From: an uncultured Acidobacteriota bacterium
GTDB lineage: Bacteria; Acidobacteriota; Vicinamibacteria; Vicinamibacterales; JAHECP01
Direction: 5' to 3'
DNA: 64,000 nt
Assembly (NCBI GenBank): GCA_963812185.1
Contig: CAWEUE010000004.1
Span: 152,457 to 216,456, forward strand
The position numbers were made by a program, and so were the translations under genes. Below, in pieces: positions 63,346 through 64,000 of this stretch; within the stretch, counting starts at the first letter, position 1, and the number at the start of each line of letters is the position of its first letter. The notes under the pieces were generated by a model. It had not been told where the DNA came from. It saw nothing but the letters and a program-made list of their open reading frames with translations, and did not search any database.

Positions 63346-63532
63346 CCTTACTTCACCCCCTTACATGCGGCTCCAATCCGCTCGGTGAAGGCCCGTACCA
63401 CTCACCAGAATATGCTAGGCTATCACACGTAGGCGCGGATTCCAGGCAGAATCTCGGCAGCCGTCAATGAATTGTCAGTGAACTGTTAGTCCTGCCCAAG
63501 TCATTTAGAATCAGCAACATAAGCGAATTGCG

Positions 63533-64000
63533 ATGAGGCTTCTGGTCATTGGCGGCGGCGCGCGGGAGCACGCCCTCGTCTGGAAGCTGGCGGCCGAACC
63601 CGGCGTCGACGAGGTCGTCTGCGCGCCCGGCAACGCCGGCATCGCCACCCTCGCGCGGACCGTGCCGGCCGACCCCGCCGACCCGGATGCGCTGCTGGCC
63701 GTGGCGGCCCGCGAGCGGGCCGATCTCACGGTCGTCGGCCCGGAGCAGCCGCTCGAGCGCGGCATCGCCGATCGCTTCGCGGCCGCCGGCCGGCTCCTGT
63801 TCGGGCCGACGCAGGCGGCCGCCCGCCTCGAGACGAGCAAGGTCTTCGCCAAGGAGTTCATGGCGCGCCACGGCGTGCCGACCGCGCGCTTCGCCGTGTG
63901 CGACACGCCCGAGGCGGCCCTCGACGTCCTGGCGCGCGGCACGCTCGGCGTGCCCGTCGTCGTCAAGGCCGACGGCCTGGCCGCCGGCAAGGGCGTCGTC
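63533..64000 (+). CDS. purD: Phosphoribosylamine--glycine ligase, 5' part (runs off the window; absent from the ORF track because no stop is reached)
   Basis: My own translation from ATG 63533: MRLLVIGGGAREHALVWKLAAEPGVDEVVCAPGNAGIA...LLFGPTQAAARLETSKVFAKEFMARHGVPTA...VVVKADGLAAGKGVV. Confidence 0.9.
   Translation, partial: MRLLVIGGGAREHALVWKLAAEPGVDEVVCAPGNAGIATLARTVPADPADPDALLAVAARERADLTVVGPEQPLERGIADRFAAAGRLLFGPTQAAARLETSKVFAKEFMARHGVPTARFAVCDTPEAALDVLARGTLGVPVVVKADGLAAGKGVV

Overview
High-GC (roughly 70% by eye, not computed) bacterial chromosomal segment. It looks most like an Acidobacteriota-type genome: it has a VWFA-related 'acidobacterial' VWA protein and many CarboxypepD_reg, PEGA and TonB-C proteins. 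I can support about 54 protein genes. I saw no rRNA, tRNA, CRISPR array, transposase, integrase or recognisable defence genes. Gene content, left to right: pseudokinase-PEGA protein, TonB-C protein, ggt, DinB, M23 peptidase, DUF1015-serA-serC, acyl-CoA desaturase, Skp, a polA-pcnB-CheY operon, a TonB/FxLYD/VWA/BON block, SDR, methyltransferase, ino1. Next come a secretin + ExeA-like(SPOR) + GspB-like/TPR trio, acs, and a degenerate GGDEF-HTH regulator divergent from an orphan MshE-type ATPase with a double zinc ribbon. Then a J-domain protein, ABC ATPases, methylmalonyl-CoA mutase, eno, glgC, outer-membrane proteins, and a PDZ-GAF-PAS histidine kinase with a sigma54 response regulator. The right end holds a nine-gene glycan cluster (four GT4 genes in mirror-paralogue order, DUF362, UbiA/DPPR-synthase-like), then STAS, a zinc-ribbon protein, rpsU and purD. 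Main second-look items: (1) a candidate c-di-GMP module (MshEN-domain ATPase plus GGDEF-like HTH protein) next to a stand-alone secretin/ExeA/GspB-like unit; (2) short tandem heptanucleotide arrays in at least six intergenic regions; (3) frameshifts confined to five discrete patches that hit housekeeping genes, which looks like local assembly error rather than real decay; (4) the mirror-duplicated GT4 cluster with a polyprenyl-phosphate phosphoribosyltransferase homologue; (5) a shared regulatory motif upstream of two operons. All start codons and motif calls were made by eye from the sequence and ORF track. No database search was run.
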